Shown: positions 42,501 to 55,242 of the stretch, piece by piece
Position numbering within the stretch: position 1 is the stretch's first letter
Layout: each line of letters begins with the position of its first letter
The notes under the pieces: model-generated
Told to the model about the DNA's origin: nothing
The model's input: the letters and a program-made list of their open reading frames with translations, nothing else
Databases searched by the model: none
NCBI GenBank assembly: GCA_965112735.1
Contig: OZ218953.1
Span: 3,720,001 to 3,784,000, forward strand
From: Phaeosaccion multiseriatum
Taxonomy: Eukaryota > Protista > Ochrophyta, other classes
Direction: 5' to 3'
DNA: 64,000 nucleotides
Program-made: the position numbers and the translations under genes

Positions 42501-43656
42501 ATGTCAGACGACTTGAGCAGCGTAAGCAGCAGTCCCTCCGGTGGGGAGGACAAGAAGACGGAGGAGAAGAAGGCTTTGGGATCTGCAGAAGCAGCAGAGG
42601 CACATCACCAGGAACAGGGGGAGGAGCAGCAGAAGGAGAAGGAGGAGGAGGAGGAGGAGGAGGAGGAGGAGGAGGAGGAGGAGGGGAAGGAGGAAGAGGA
42701 GGAGGCGGAGGAGGAGGAGGAGGAGGAGGAGGATAAGAAGCAGGACGAGGACGAAGGGGATGAAGAGAGGGGGGGCTGGAAGCGCCTCATGGGGGAGAAC
42801 GTCGTGGTGAAGGTGAGGGAATGAGGGTCGCGATGGAAGGCGAAGATCGGGCCACAAAGCACACGCTGGAAATGGTTTGTCACACAGACTCAGTTCAGCT
42901 ACCCTATAATAGATGCATAGAACTGAGTTTTGGTGATAGGGGGTGCTGAGTAACCCTTCTCCTCTGCCCCCACCCCCTCTCTTGCGGATGTTGGTGACAA
43001 TCAGACAATCCACGCTGGACAAGGCCCCAACCCGGGAATAGATGACACGCTGACCTTTGACGTGGTGGGTAGGCTGCTGCCGCCCCAGGAAGGACTGGTA
43101 CCAGACGCAGCAGCAGCAGCGGTGGGGGCACAGGCCGAGAACGGGGACCGAGATGCGACAGAGCCAGCTGGCGATGCCTTTCTGCGCTTCACGGGGCGGA
43201 AAATGTGCATGGGGCGGGCAGACGAAGTCCCTGGTGAGTAGGGGATGCACACTCTCGCCCCCCCCCCCCCCTTAATGTCCATACAGATTGGCGTCCTTTC
43301 TCTACCGTTCTCGAGGCCGCCGCTCGCCAGGAGCACACGCCCCCACCCCATGTGAAGCCCCCATAACGAGCGTACCCCCCGCCTCCCCACGACAGGCCTG
43401 GAGCTTGCCCTTCGCTACATGCAGCAGGGCGAGCGGGCCTTGCTGCGCTGCAACTCGCGATTTGCATGGGGCCCCATGGGGAGGCGTCCTCTGAGCCCAG
43501 AGGAGAGGGCCGTCCCTCCTGACGCCGACATTGAGTTCGAGGTGCACCTGAGCGCCATTGCAAAGGCCTCCATGAGCCCCACGAAGCAGGTGCGGCTCAG
43601 CCCTCGCTCCTTCTATCGCTACCGAGAAATATGCGTGTCTCTCGGTCTCTTACTCC

Positions 43657-43689
<33 letters not shown>

Positions 43690-45065
43690 TGTGTGTTTGG
43701 AGAGAGAGGGATGAAGAGAGCGTCAGGGGAGGTGGGGGCTGGGAGCTGTTTATATGAGAACGGGGGCTTCACTGCTCGACATTCCCGTAGAAGCCTCAAG
43801 AGGTGTCCCCGAAAACTCTCTGTGCTTGCTCTGCTCGTCGCCCGCCCCGCCTATCGCACAGGAGCAACTCGAGGCGTGGCTCTTTCGCAAGGAGAGGGGC
43901 AATGAACAGTTCCGGCAGGGAGACTACGCGAAAGCGGCAAGAAATTACTCGGTGGGTGAGATGGCCGCGCGCGATGGTGGGCTTTGAAAGATCGAGTGAG
44001 CGTTGGCCGAGGAGGCGAGGATAGTGTTCCGTGTTTCCCGCGTGTGACTCGCTGCTCCCACCCAGAGTCTTGGCAGGACTCTGCCGTGACGAGACGACGA
44101 TGGGGCGCCTCTCTCTCTCTCTCTCTCTGTGTGTGTCTTCGCGTCGATTGACAGCCTCGGCTCAACCCCTCGCCCGGAAAGTGCTTACCTCCCTCCTCCT
44201 TTCGCCTCTCTCCCTCTCACCCACGCCCCTCACGTAATCTCACGTAAGGCCGTCATTAAGGAAGTCGACCTTGATGTGTACAGCGCCGGCGAGGCTGGTG
44301 ACGCTGGCGAGGAGGACGGCAGGGGTGCTGGGGCTGGAGAGAGCGAGGGTGAGGGTGAGGGGGAGCAGGTGATGCTCGAGGCGGCCGTGAAGCTGCTGCT
44401 GGACTGCGGCAACAACATCACCACGTGCTTTGTGAAGATGGGCGACTTGCCCAAGGCTGTTGACTCCGTCATGGCGGTGAGAAGAGGCGAGGGAGGGAGC
44501 GTGGGTGGGTGTGTGGGTGGTTGGTGGGTGGCTGGGTGAGGCAATGTGATGCGCAGAAGCATATCGTTCGGGTCTATCCTGCCCTGCTCCCTCGCTTCTG
44601 TCCATATGCCTCCACTCGTATGCCCTGGTCTGCAGTGCCTTCCTATCTTCCTTCCCTAGCTCTTGTAGTTCCCTTCCGTCCTTCCTTCTTCCTGCCCATA
44701 CGCCTCTATATCACCCCCCCTTCCCCCCTTCCCCCCCCAGGTGCTATCGCTCGCGCCCGACAACGTGAAGGCACTAGTGCGTGCGGCTCAGCTGTCCACC
44801 AAGCGAGGAGACTTCACTGAGGCCAAGATGGCACTGGAGAGGGCACTTCGCAACGATCCGGACAATAAGTGAGCGAATGAGGATGTGGCAAAAAGTCAGA
44901 GAAGCTGAGCTGGGCGCGTTAGTCTCTTTCTCCTTCGCTCTCGCTCTCGCTCTCTCCTCTCCTCTTCTCTCTCTCTCGTCTTGTGTTGCGTGGCACGAGG
45001 GTGCAGCTGGAGTTTTTAATCAGTGGCGCATTACGTACTCATCGGCCCCACCTCTCTCTCTCCAT

Positions 45066-45096
<31 letters not shown>

Positions 45097-45490
45097 AACA
45101 CACACACACATAACCATGCATAGAGACGCCAAGGTGGAGCAGCGGCGGCTGGCGGAGACGAAGAGCAGGTACAAGGAGCGGAGCAGCAAGATGTCCAAGG
45201 CCATGGCGGGCAGTCTGTTGAAGGAGGCGGACGGGCAGGATGGCAGTCTAGCTGGGGGCGACTCCTCCTTAGACGCTGCTCTGGAAACCATCAAGTCTGC
45301 AACCACCGCTGCCGAGGAGGAGAGAGCTCGAGCAGCGGAAGAACGCGCTCGGATTGTTGCGGGGTGGAAGAAGGATCGAGAGGACCAAAGCAGCAAGCCG
45401 TGGGTGTCGGTCGCGTTGGCCGTGGCGGCTACTCTTGTAGGCATCCTCCTCAAGCTCTGGTTGGTGTCGGCGGGAATACTCGCAGAGTGA
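42501..45490 (+). CDS. FKBP8/FKBP38-like tail-anchored immunophilin (Glu-rich region, FKBP domain, TPRs, TM anchor)
   Basis: GLELALRYMQQGERALLRCNSRFAWG..VPPDADIEFEVHL (FKBP); RKERGNEQFRQGDYAKAARNYS and APDNVKALVR (TPR); C-terminal WVSVALAVAATLVGILLKLWLV (TM). Confidence 0.87.
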
Positions 45491-45859
45491 GTGTGGGAGT
45501 GAGTGAGGAGGGGGTGAAGGAGTGAATGAGGGGGTGATTGACTTACAGTGCCGCAAGCAGCCAGTCTTGGATCAGTCTTGGTACTTTCTCTGCCTGTTGG
45601 CCTTCCGACGGGAACGACGCGGTCACCCGTCCTGTCCTACATGGAGTGATGCGACAGGAGCCGTCTCTACATGGAGTGCTGTCAGTAGCGGGGAGGAGCA
45701 GTGGACTGTGGTAGGGCGGGGTTGTCCCATCTCTGCAGCTGGACGCGCAATATCCTTGGTTTCTTTCGTCTCGGAGCAACCGGCTGCAGTCAGAGTTCGA
45801 GCTCCCCTCATCACGTAGAGAGACGGAGACAGAGGCGCTTGCTCGTGTGGAGCAGAGGT

Positions 45860-46213
45860 ATGCCATGGAGTGCCATTTTTTTATCGTTGTGCGTCGCACT
45901 ATCCTCTGCTAGCGTGAGTGCCGCCCCGTCAGAGAGCGGCTGCCCAGGGGAGCCGTCGCGTGCGTGTTGGACTACGGCAAGGCGGGGCGGCGGCCTCCGC
46001 CAATACAGCCCCTCTCCGTCCCTCTCCCTTGCGGAGGGAGTGGAAGGCAGGCAGGCACTGGCGCACCACAGCGTCACACCGCCGCCTCCCTTCTGGGACT
46101 CGCACAGTCTCCTCCATCTTCGCCTCGCGCCGGAAGAAAGCTTCTCAAAAGTACGTGGGCCCTACGGCCCTTTGGATTTGCGCCGGACATTCGCGCCGGA
46201 AGAAAAGCTCTGA
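45860..46213 (+). CDS. Possible small secreted protein or gene remnant overlapping the fold-back repeat
   Basis: MPWSAIFLSLCVALSSASVSA-AP resembles a signal peptide; no homology recognised. Confidence 0.2.
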   Translation: MPWSAIFLSLCVALSSASVSAAPSESGCPGEPSRACWTTARRGGGLRQYSPSPSLSLAEGVEGRQALAHHSVTPPPPFWDSHSLLHLRLAPEESFSKVRGPYGPLDLRRTFAPEEKL

Positions 46214-46337
46214 AGAGTAAGTTGGGCCCTTTGGAGGACAAAAGAGCCCAAAGGACCCAACGTACTTTTGAGAGGCTTTCTTCCGGCGCGAGGCGAAGAT
46301 GGAGGAGACTGTGCGAGTCCCAGAAGGGAGGCGGCGG
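46079..46337. repeat. Long inverted repeat: 78-bp arms with 1 mismatch and a 103-bp spacer containing a diverged partial third copy
   Basis: 46079-46156 is the reverse complement of 46260-46337 except AAAGCTTCTC versus AAAGCCTCTC. Confidence 0.95.
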
Positions 46338-47134
46338 GGGGAGTGTGTTGGGGGCGGGCGGCCGTGTTTCCTAAGGGTTTACTCACGGCTCCTCGAAGCG
46401 TTCGCCAGCCACCACAGAGCCGTCTCGGCTCTCAAGAGTGCGGCGCCCCATGCCAGGAGCCGGAGCACCAACAGGACAAGGTCTTGGGAAGGAAGGAGGT
46501 TGTGGCGCTCAGCACAAGGAAGAGCCGCCAGAAGTACCACAAAGGAGGGACAGCAAGATGCAATGATTTCATTTAATTTTACAGGTTGTTTCTCACGAAA
46601 TGTGTTTGGGCGGCTGTAGCGCGCGCCTCATTTCCCTCCCCAATGGACGCACCGCACCGCGTGTGAGGCCTGCAGGGGAGGGGAGGGGAGGGGAAGGGAG
46701 GAGGGGGGGCGGGAGGGGAAGTGAGGTCGTGGCGATGGTGTGAGTGTGATGGGATTTGTTGTCCCGCTGCCAGAAAGACACAAGGGCCACCGCTGTGTAG
46801 GGGAAGCAACCAACAGCTTGTAACGTCGGGATGTCAAGGGAGGTACAGAGCTTCAAAGTGCAAAACAACAACAGACAGCACCGATGATTTCCCACGTGCC
46901 CCTTCCCCCCCCCCCCCCCCGCAGTACTGAATCGGCTTGACATCGTTTCACTTCCGTGATCAGACGGAACGGGTTCTCTCGACGCGATACGGCCGGCCGT
47001 GAGTATATAGAGCAATAGAGAGATTCTGCTGCCCATACACTGTCAGTATGCAACACCCACTCGCACCTGCTTTCTGCAGAGGTTGACATGGCCGGCCCCA
47101 CGCCTCGCCTGCTCCCCCACGTCAGCTTTATGCC

Positions 47135-47206
47135 TTATGCCGGTGGCTCCCCTTTTTGCAGCTCAGGGTAGCGCCGCCCATTCCCCCGAGTAGTGGGCTT
47201 CTTCTT

Positions 47207-47237
<31 letters not shown>

Positions 47238-50200
47238 CTGAGGCTGGCGCTGGCGCTGCCCCCTGCCACTGCGCCCCCCCCCGCGCCGCTTGCCCCTGCC
47301 CTAGGTGCCCCCGCCTTCAACGGCCGTCGACTGCTCACGCCCGCACCCGCACCCGCGCCGACGCCCGCTGCACTGCCGTTGCTGCTGCTGCTGCTGCTCA
47401 AAGAGCGACCAAACGCAGCCTTTCCCCTGATGCTGCTGCTGCTGCTGCTCACAGGGCGGCCAACGCTTCCCTCGCCGGCTCCTTTCCCCTCTCCGCCTCC
47501 TCCTCCTCCTCCACCACCCCCTCGTCCTCCTCCCCCTCCTCCTCCTCCTCCTCCTCCTCCTCCTCCTCCTCCTCCTCCTCCACCACCACCACCACCTCCT
47601 CCTCCTCCTCCTCCTCCACCACCACCACCACCACCACCATCACCTCCACCACCACCACCACCACCTCCTCCTCCTCCTCCTCCAGCTGTCGTTCCTTTCG
47701 CGCCGCCACTGCGTCCTTCTCCACCTTCTCCTTCTCCGCTGCTGCTGCGACTGAGTGCCTTGCTCGAGCCCGAGCCGCTCCTCCGCCGAACCTTGCCCGA
47801 CCCCTTGCCCGCCGCGGCCGCGTCCTGCTTGTACAGCTGACTCATGAGTGACAAGCACTTGGCGTGCTTGTCCAGCGTGAAGGGCACGGCCTCTGCGTCC
47901 CTCGTGTCCGAGGGCTCCACACCGTCTGGTTTGAAGTAGAAGATGAGGAGGTCTGCCCGGGCCTTTTGGCTGGTGATGCGCGTGAGTTGCCCGATGCGTC
48001 GCTTCTCCACTATTTTCACCGTCGCCTCTGCGCCCCGAAGCGCCATGACCTGCCCAGGTGGGCAGGCCCAGGGGGGAGAAGAGGAGAGAGAGGGAAGGCA
48101 GTCGAAGGGAAGGGAAGCGTTACATACAAAACCGTGGGACCGAAGGGCCACAAAAACAAACAAGGACACCCCCTACTTGTTTCTCCACGTTGGACCTCTA
48201 GAGTCCGTAACACACCTCGGTGAAGAAGCGCTTAGAGATGAGCAGTACGCATGTCTGCTGCACCTCCTGCCTGTCGCTGTTGAGGCTGAGACGCCGCGCC
48301 GCAAAGGCCGTTACTTTGCCCCCGCTCTCCCCCTCCTCCGCCGCTATGAAGCTGCGCAGTGTTACCGGCTCCGAGGGCACGGGGAGCGAAGTGCCACGGT
48401 GCGTGAGACGTGCGTGGCTGGGGTGTTTAAGGCCCCATGCGGGGAGCTCGGACGAGGGCTGCTCCTGCTTCTGCTTCTCAACCTGCTTCTGAGCCTCCTC
48501 CTCCTCCTCCTGCTGCTGCTGCTGCTGCTGCTGTTGCTCGAGATGGAGCTTCTCCGCCACGGCTGCGACCACCGCTGCTGACTCGTCTGTCCCTCCCACC
48601 TCCGCCCCGTTGGCGCCACGACCAGCAGCGGTATCAGCACCAGCACCAGCACCAACACCAGCTCTAGTCGCCGCAGTAGAGGTGCTAGACTTGGGCGAGA
48701 GCATAGGAGGCGGTGTGGAGGCGTCATCCGTCACGCCCATGAGCTTGAAGAGAGACTTACTGAAGGCGTCCGTTGTCCCTCCGCCTCCCTTTGAGGAAGT
48801 ATTGCTCGTCATGCTGCTCGTGCGGGACCGTCTGCTGCTCTTTGGTGGCCCTGATCCTGACCCTGACTGCTGCCCCTCTCCTCCCTCTTTGTCCTTCTCT
48901 CCCTCTCCCTCCCCCTCCCCCCCCTCCCCCTCCTCGCCCTGTTTCCGTGGCTGCCGCTCCTGTGGTTGCTGTTGACTGTGCCCAGCGGCGAAGGAGAAGC
49001 CACCCTCCTCAGCGGTGGCTGAGGGCGACTTGGAAGACGAAAAGATGCTCATCAGAGATCGCTTGGTGGCGAGTATCGAGGGTGGAGTGAGCGAGCCGGT
49101 AGAGGAGTCAACCTCGCCGTCCATACCCCCGCTCGGGTTCAGTATATCGGATGCGAACGATCGGGGGCGCATGGCCCGCACAGATAGGCCTTGCCCCCCC
49201 CCCCTCTTCTGACTGCTGTCTCCTCCACCACCGCTCCCGCCCCGCTGGCGCTGTCGCTGCTGGCGCTTCCCAGCCCTGGTGACTGCCTGTTGATCCTTGG
49301 GGGAGTTCCCACTGCTACCGCCGCTGTCTCTGTCTCCCCCCCAGCCGCTCCAGCTGAAGGGCATGGAGGGCATCGGAGGCTTACCTCTGGCACTGCTCGA
49401 GGCCGCCGCGCCTCCTTCTCTCCCCCCTGCCCCTGCTTGGGTTCCGCTTCCCCCCACACTCCCCCCGCCGAAGACCCTATCTACGAGGCTCTGACAGTCT
49501 GAGCCGATGAGGACGCCATCCACCAGGCGAGAAAATTCAAATCTGCCCGCACTCCCGTCATTTCCCTCCTCCTCTTTTTCTTGTCTACCCATCGACTGTG
49601 CCGCCGCGACAGTGTTCTTCTCGTCAGCAGCACTAACATCTCCGTCTGCTCCTTTGTGGCTTGCCCCTTCTCCTCCCTTTCCTCCTCCTCCTCCTGCTGC
49701 TGCTGTATCACCAACTGCCGCTGCTGCCGCACTAAGAGGGTCGCCGCTCTCCCCACCACTTTCGCTCCGACGCACATCGTCTACACTCCTCATCGGTGAC
49801 TCATCTGCCCTCGGCCGCTTGCCGGCGCCGATTCTCTTCCGACGCACACTTCTACTATTGCTATTGCTATAACTATTACTGCCGCTGCTGCCCCCACCGC
49901 CGCCACCTCCGCCACCTCCACTGGTGACGACGGTTACAGTCCCTCCTCCATCCTCTCCACCCCGACCCTTCGAAGCGCTGGCTGACTGCTTCTCCGCAAC
50001 GTCCTGCCCCCTGAGGCCCTGTAGACAGGCGGGCATGTCGCCGCGAACATGACTCACGTACGGGAAGTCGTGCTCCAGCAGCACCCGCACGAAGCGAGCC
50101 ACCTGCGGGTCCTCTTCGCCCCCCCCGTCCACTGCCACCTCCATCCCCAGCCCCATCCCCGCCGCCGTGGCCTTCTCTTGCCCTGTGTCGGCAGCGGCCC

Positions 50201-53200
50201 TGCTACCATTCGCACCGCCATGCCCTCCTCCTCCCGGACGGCCTTCCGTACCCTCTTCCTCCTCCTCCTGCTGCTGCTGCTGCTGCTGCGTGTGCCCGAC
50301 ATTGAGTCCCTTTCCCTTATCCTGCCGCCCCCCCTGCTGCGTCCTCCCTCCTCCTGTCCCTGTTGCTGCCAAGTCCAAGAACTTTGGTCGCAGCCCCATT
50401 GCCTCCCCGCTGAGATCCTGTGCTATTACACCACTGAGTGTGCCGCCTCCGCCTGCCTTGGCCTCTGCAGTGCCGCTATTACCGCTGCTACTCGCACGCC
50501 CTGTCCAGCTGGGGAGGGAGAGCCCCTTGAGCGACGACAGCTCGCCGTCTGTTGCCCTCCTTGACCCCTGCTGCTGCTCTTGCTGCTGTATCACCAACTG
50601 CTGCTGCTGCTGCTGCTGCTGGTCGCCCTCTCCAATAAGGCAAAAGTGGCCCAGCCCTCGGAAGGGGAGGAACTCCGCGAGCTTGTCCTCCAAGTCGACG
50701 CCATTTGGCCTGCTGTGCAGGCGGTCCACCATAGCCGCTGCCATGGCCATGCCTTTCTTACCCATGCTCATTCCGCTGCTGCTAATGCTGCTGCTGATGC
50801 TGCTTCCAATGCCCCCTCCTCCTCCTCCGCCGCTGCCATCGTCCCCGGTGCCTGCCCCCCCACCACCATCTCCAGTGACGGCAGGCGCGGTAAGACTCCT
50901 CTTAAGTCGACTTACCCGTGGCGCCTTCCCCAGCGCCGCCAGAGGCGACAAGCCTTCCCCCCCCCCTGCCGGGCTGTTGCTGCTCATGCTGCTGATGGAG
51001 CCGCCCACTCCGTCCGCGGAGGAGGCGGACAAAAAGGCGGTCCCTGACCCTGACCCAAAGGGCCCTGAGGCTGACCCTGCCCCCGCTGGGGAGTTGTTCA
51101 GGATTGCAGGGTCTAGGTGCAGGGCGGGCGCGAGACGGCACTTTTCGAACTCCTCAGCGGAACGGCAGTCCATCAAGATGTACTGCCTGTGATAGGGGGT
51201 AGAGAGACAGAGAGCGAGAGAGAGAGAGGGCGAGAGAAAGAGCAAGAGAGAGAGAGAGAGAGAGAGGTGCCGGAGGGGCGCGGGGGGCGGGCGGGCGTCA
51301 AGAGGAGTCGGCAGCAGCAGCAGCAGGAGGAGGAGCAGGAGCAGCAGAAGTACGACGAGAGTAGGAACCGAAACTGATGATGCAGCCAATAGCACGTAGT
51401 GGGTGGGGCGCACACGCAAACAACCAACGCGTTAAGCACAGCACACACACGGCCCTCCCTTCCTTCCCCACCTCTTCTCCGACGGCTCCGACGGCTCCGA
51501 GGCGTTCCTCTGTCCACCGTCCCACAGCGGGGAAGAGCTCTCCCCCCCTCTCTCTCCCTCTCCCTCTCCCTCTCTTCCAAAGAACACCCCTCCTCCTCCT
51601 CCTCCTCCCGCCCCGCCCGCGCTGAGCCGTGCCTGGTCCTCGTAGCTCGACCCCGTGGGTGAAGGCGCTCCCTTCGACCCCTTGGGTTCCCCATCCACAG
51701 AGGCCTCTGAATCGCTGCTAGCCTCACTCATAGCGCCATCGGACCCGATCGACGACCGCCGCACGGTAGTCTCTTTCTCCCTGCCGCCCTCGCCCCCGCC
51801 CTCCTCTTCCTCCTCTCCCCCCTCCTCTTGCCCCTCCCCCTGCAGTCCGTTGTCAGGACTACCCCTTCTCCCCGCCTTGCTGCCCTCCCCCGTCCCTGTC
51901 TTCTCTGAGGCGTACATCTGCTGGCGCAAGGACCGCTTTTGTTGATGCTTGGATTTCAGCCTTGGGGGGGGGGGGGGGGAAGGGCCAGGGGCGCCTTTAG
52001 GATACTATCTGCGATGTTATGATACCCAAGACGTAACACGGATGTGCCCTCCCTTGCATAGAAGCACAGCAGGCCTCAGGCGATTCGACAGATACCCCAA
52101 TACTGAAGCAAGCAAGAGAGTAAGGCGGCGGGTGGAAGCTTTTATCCGGGCCGATATATATATTATACGGCTCATGTAGTCAAGTCGCCACCCGCACCCC
52201 CCAGCCAATCCTTCCTGCTTCTTACCTCCTCTTGCTGCTGCTGCTGCTGCTGCTGCTGCCGCTGTCGCCGCTGCGGCTGGTCCCATGTGCTCTGTGGCCA
52301 GAAGGACTCTTGTGCAGAATGTAGGCCACGATTTCATCCGCTCCAACGGGGATGCAGGACGCACTCTGCAACGTTGCCAGCACCATGTGGCGCTGGGCCT
52401 GGGAGACATGCAGGGGGTTGCATGGGTAGAATACGTCAGACATATGGATAGACAGAAAGACAGACAGGCCGACAGATAGACAGGCAGCGGTATATATATG
52501 GTCTTGTTACAAAAAGAAAGAGAGAGGGGATGAACAAAGGGACTCAGAAACGGCCTCTATCGAAGGCTGTGTGCAGATGCATGCGCAAGAGCCTTGTAGC
52601 CTCTCCTCCCCCTCCTCCTCCCCCCCCCACGCACGCACACACACACACGCACTTTCTTTTTCTTACCTCCTGCAGATGCGAGAAGAGCGCACTCTTTAGT
52701 ATCTGGCGGAAGCTCTTGGGAGTGTAGAGCATGAGCCGCTTGGCTTGGTGCAACAGCTCTCGGGCAGAGGACTCCGAGTCCATGCCCTTCTTGAGGTTGC
52801 AGAGGCGCTCGGGGAGGGTGGCGGCGTCGCATTCCATGATGAAGTCAGCATTTCCTTCATTGGTTGGGTTGTGGGTGGTAGGTGGTACATTTGGTTGGGT
52901 GTAGTGGGGTAAGGGGACCAGGGGTGGTGAGGAGCGGTAGTGAGTGGGGATGTCTGCCTGCTGAGGGCTGGGCCTTCGTTGAAGCACGAGGACACGAGGA
53001 ACAAGCAGCAGTTTCCGTTGCGGCATTCTCTCCTGTCACTCTTGCCGCTCAACGGTTGGTGCTCACTCGGAGTGGGGGTGGTAGGTGGTACATTTGGTTG
53101 GGTGTAGTGGGGTAAGGGGACCAGGGGTGGTGAGGAGCGGTAATGAGTGGGGATGTCTGCCTGCTGAGGGCTGGGCCTTCGTTGAAGCACGAGGACACGA

Positions 53201-55204
53201 GGAACAAGCAGCAGTTTCCGTTGCGGCATTCTCTCCTGTCACTCTTGCCGCTCAACGGTTGGTGCTCACTCACCGATGACGAAGGCGAGCACGGTGAAGA
53301 AGTGCAGCGCAGGGTCTCCCCAGAAGAGGTACATATCCCACATCTTGACGAACACCGTGCGAGAGGGGGAGAGAGCAGGAGAGAGGGAGAGAGTAGGAGA
53401 GTGAGAGACAGACAGACAGATGCACAGATGCACAGATGGAGAGGAAATCGAGAGAACAAACATAATACAAACGAGTGAAAGGGGACAGACAGACAGAGAC
53501 AGAGCAAGCACGCCGTGCACACCCTAACCCACCTCGAAGAGCATGTCTAGCTCCATGTTGACGGCGAAGAGTGTCTGGAACCAGCCCGACGAGTACAGCT
53601 CGGGGGGGAGGTCGTGGAAGTCAAGGAACTTGCACAGCTTGGGGCGGTGGTACAGGAGCAGCAGCCGGAACAGCCGGAAGCTGCCACACAGGGCCACAAG
53701 CGAAGGGAGCAGGAGGGGGGAGGATCGAGAGGCGAGAGGGGGTGGCGGCGGGCAGGAAGGAGCTTAGACCTGAGTGTTTCGGAGAGTTGACTTTTCTTTG
53801 GACAGGGGAGAAAGGGAAGCTCACAGAGGTGGGAAGGAAGAAACAAAGAACGTCAATCGATACGAGAGAGTGAGAAGCCGAGAGCAAACGACCCGCAAGG
53901 CCTTTGTCAGGCTATCTATCCGCCCATATGCCCCCCCCCCATCCTCCACCTCTCACCAGATTTGTAGGGAGATGCACTCGTCATCTTGCGCGACGACGTA
54001 GGGTAGGAAGCGCTCAACGAAGGCACTGTAGGCAAGGAAAGTGTCCGTCACCGCCACAGCTGTCTCCTCCCCCCACCCCGAGGCTGCTGCGGCCGCCAGT
54101 GCGGCTTCCTCTTCGTCCTCTTCTTGCGCCGACCGCACCCGTACCGTGCCATCAACAGAGCCCCGAGTAGCCTGGGCAGCAGCGGCAGCAGCAGCAGCAG
54201 CAGCAGCAGCGATAGCTGCGGTATCTCTCTTTGGCATGAGGTGCTGCGACTGCCAGGACAGCGCCACGAAGGGGGCGAGAATCTCGTGCATGCCCTGCTT
54301 GTACCTGACGTCATTGTGCTTGCAGTAGTACGTCAGTAGCTGCGTCAGCAGGTGCCGCCCCTCGGCCGTGTTGAAGGGCGCCTGCGTTTGCCGAGTGCGC
54401 TCCACGTCGACTCGGATGACCCGCTGATTGGGTAGGTCCAGCGGAGTGGTCATGATGGCTTCCTGCAGGGCCAGACGGCCGCGCAGTCGGGCAGCTTTGG
54501 CCGCCACAAAGCTCGGCCTGGCACTGGTGTTGCCGCCCTCCTCCCCCTCTCCTCCTCCACCTGCTGCTGCTGCTACTGCCGTATCACCAACTGCCCCAGC
54601 GTGGCCTTGACCCGCCGCATCAGTCTGACCGATTAGCAGGAGCCACCACACCTCCCTCCTCCTCTCCGGCGGTACTCTTGCTGCCTCTCTACAGAGCACC
54701 TTGACCCGCTGTGGATCCACCGCCGCAGCGCCACGCGCCTGCGCATCAAGCTCTGCTCCGATGGCGGCGAGTCGCTTCTCCGTCTCAGAGAGAGGAGGAG
54801 GACTCGCCACTTCTTCGGCTTCTTCTTCTTCCGCAGCAGAGGGGACTTTCGATAAAGAGGCAGTGTCGGGTTCCGAAGAGGCTCCTGAGTCTTCCACGGC
54901 CGCCTTTGTGGGCGATGCCTCTCCATTCGAGGCGGTGGCTATGGCTGGGGTGGTGGGATTGGATGCATCTCCTTTGGTCACGAGCTTTGGGGGAGCGGAG
55001 CCGCCCGCGCTTTGTGTACCGCCGCGGCTACCATTCTTGCTCCTCCTGCTGCTCCTGACACTGCGGCTGCTGTTGCTGCTTGTGCTGCTACTGATCCTAT
55101 GGCTACCACCACCAGCCTTCTTGGCGTCCGCGCCACCCCTCTTCGCCGGTGTGCTTTGCTCCTTGCCTCCACCACCAACGCCAGCCTTTGATGGAGCATC
55201 AGAC

Positions 55205-55242
<38 letters not shown>

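Noticed and set aside
42770-42800. WKRL after an acidic tract as an ATG8-interacting motif in the FKBP8-like protein
   Set aside because: It appears to correspond to the conserved W..(I/L)(L/M)G start of the FKBP domain, so it is probably structural.
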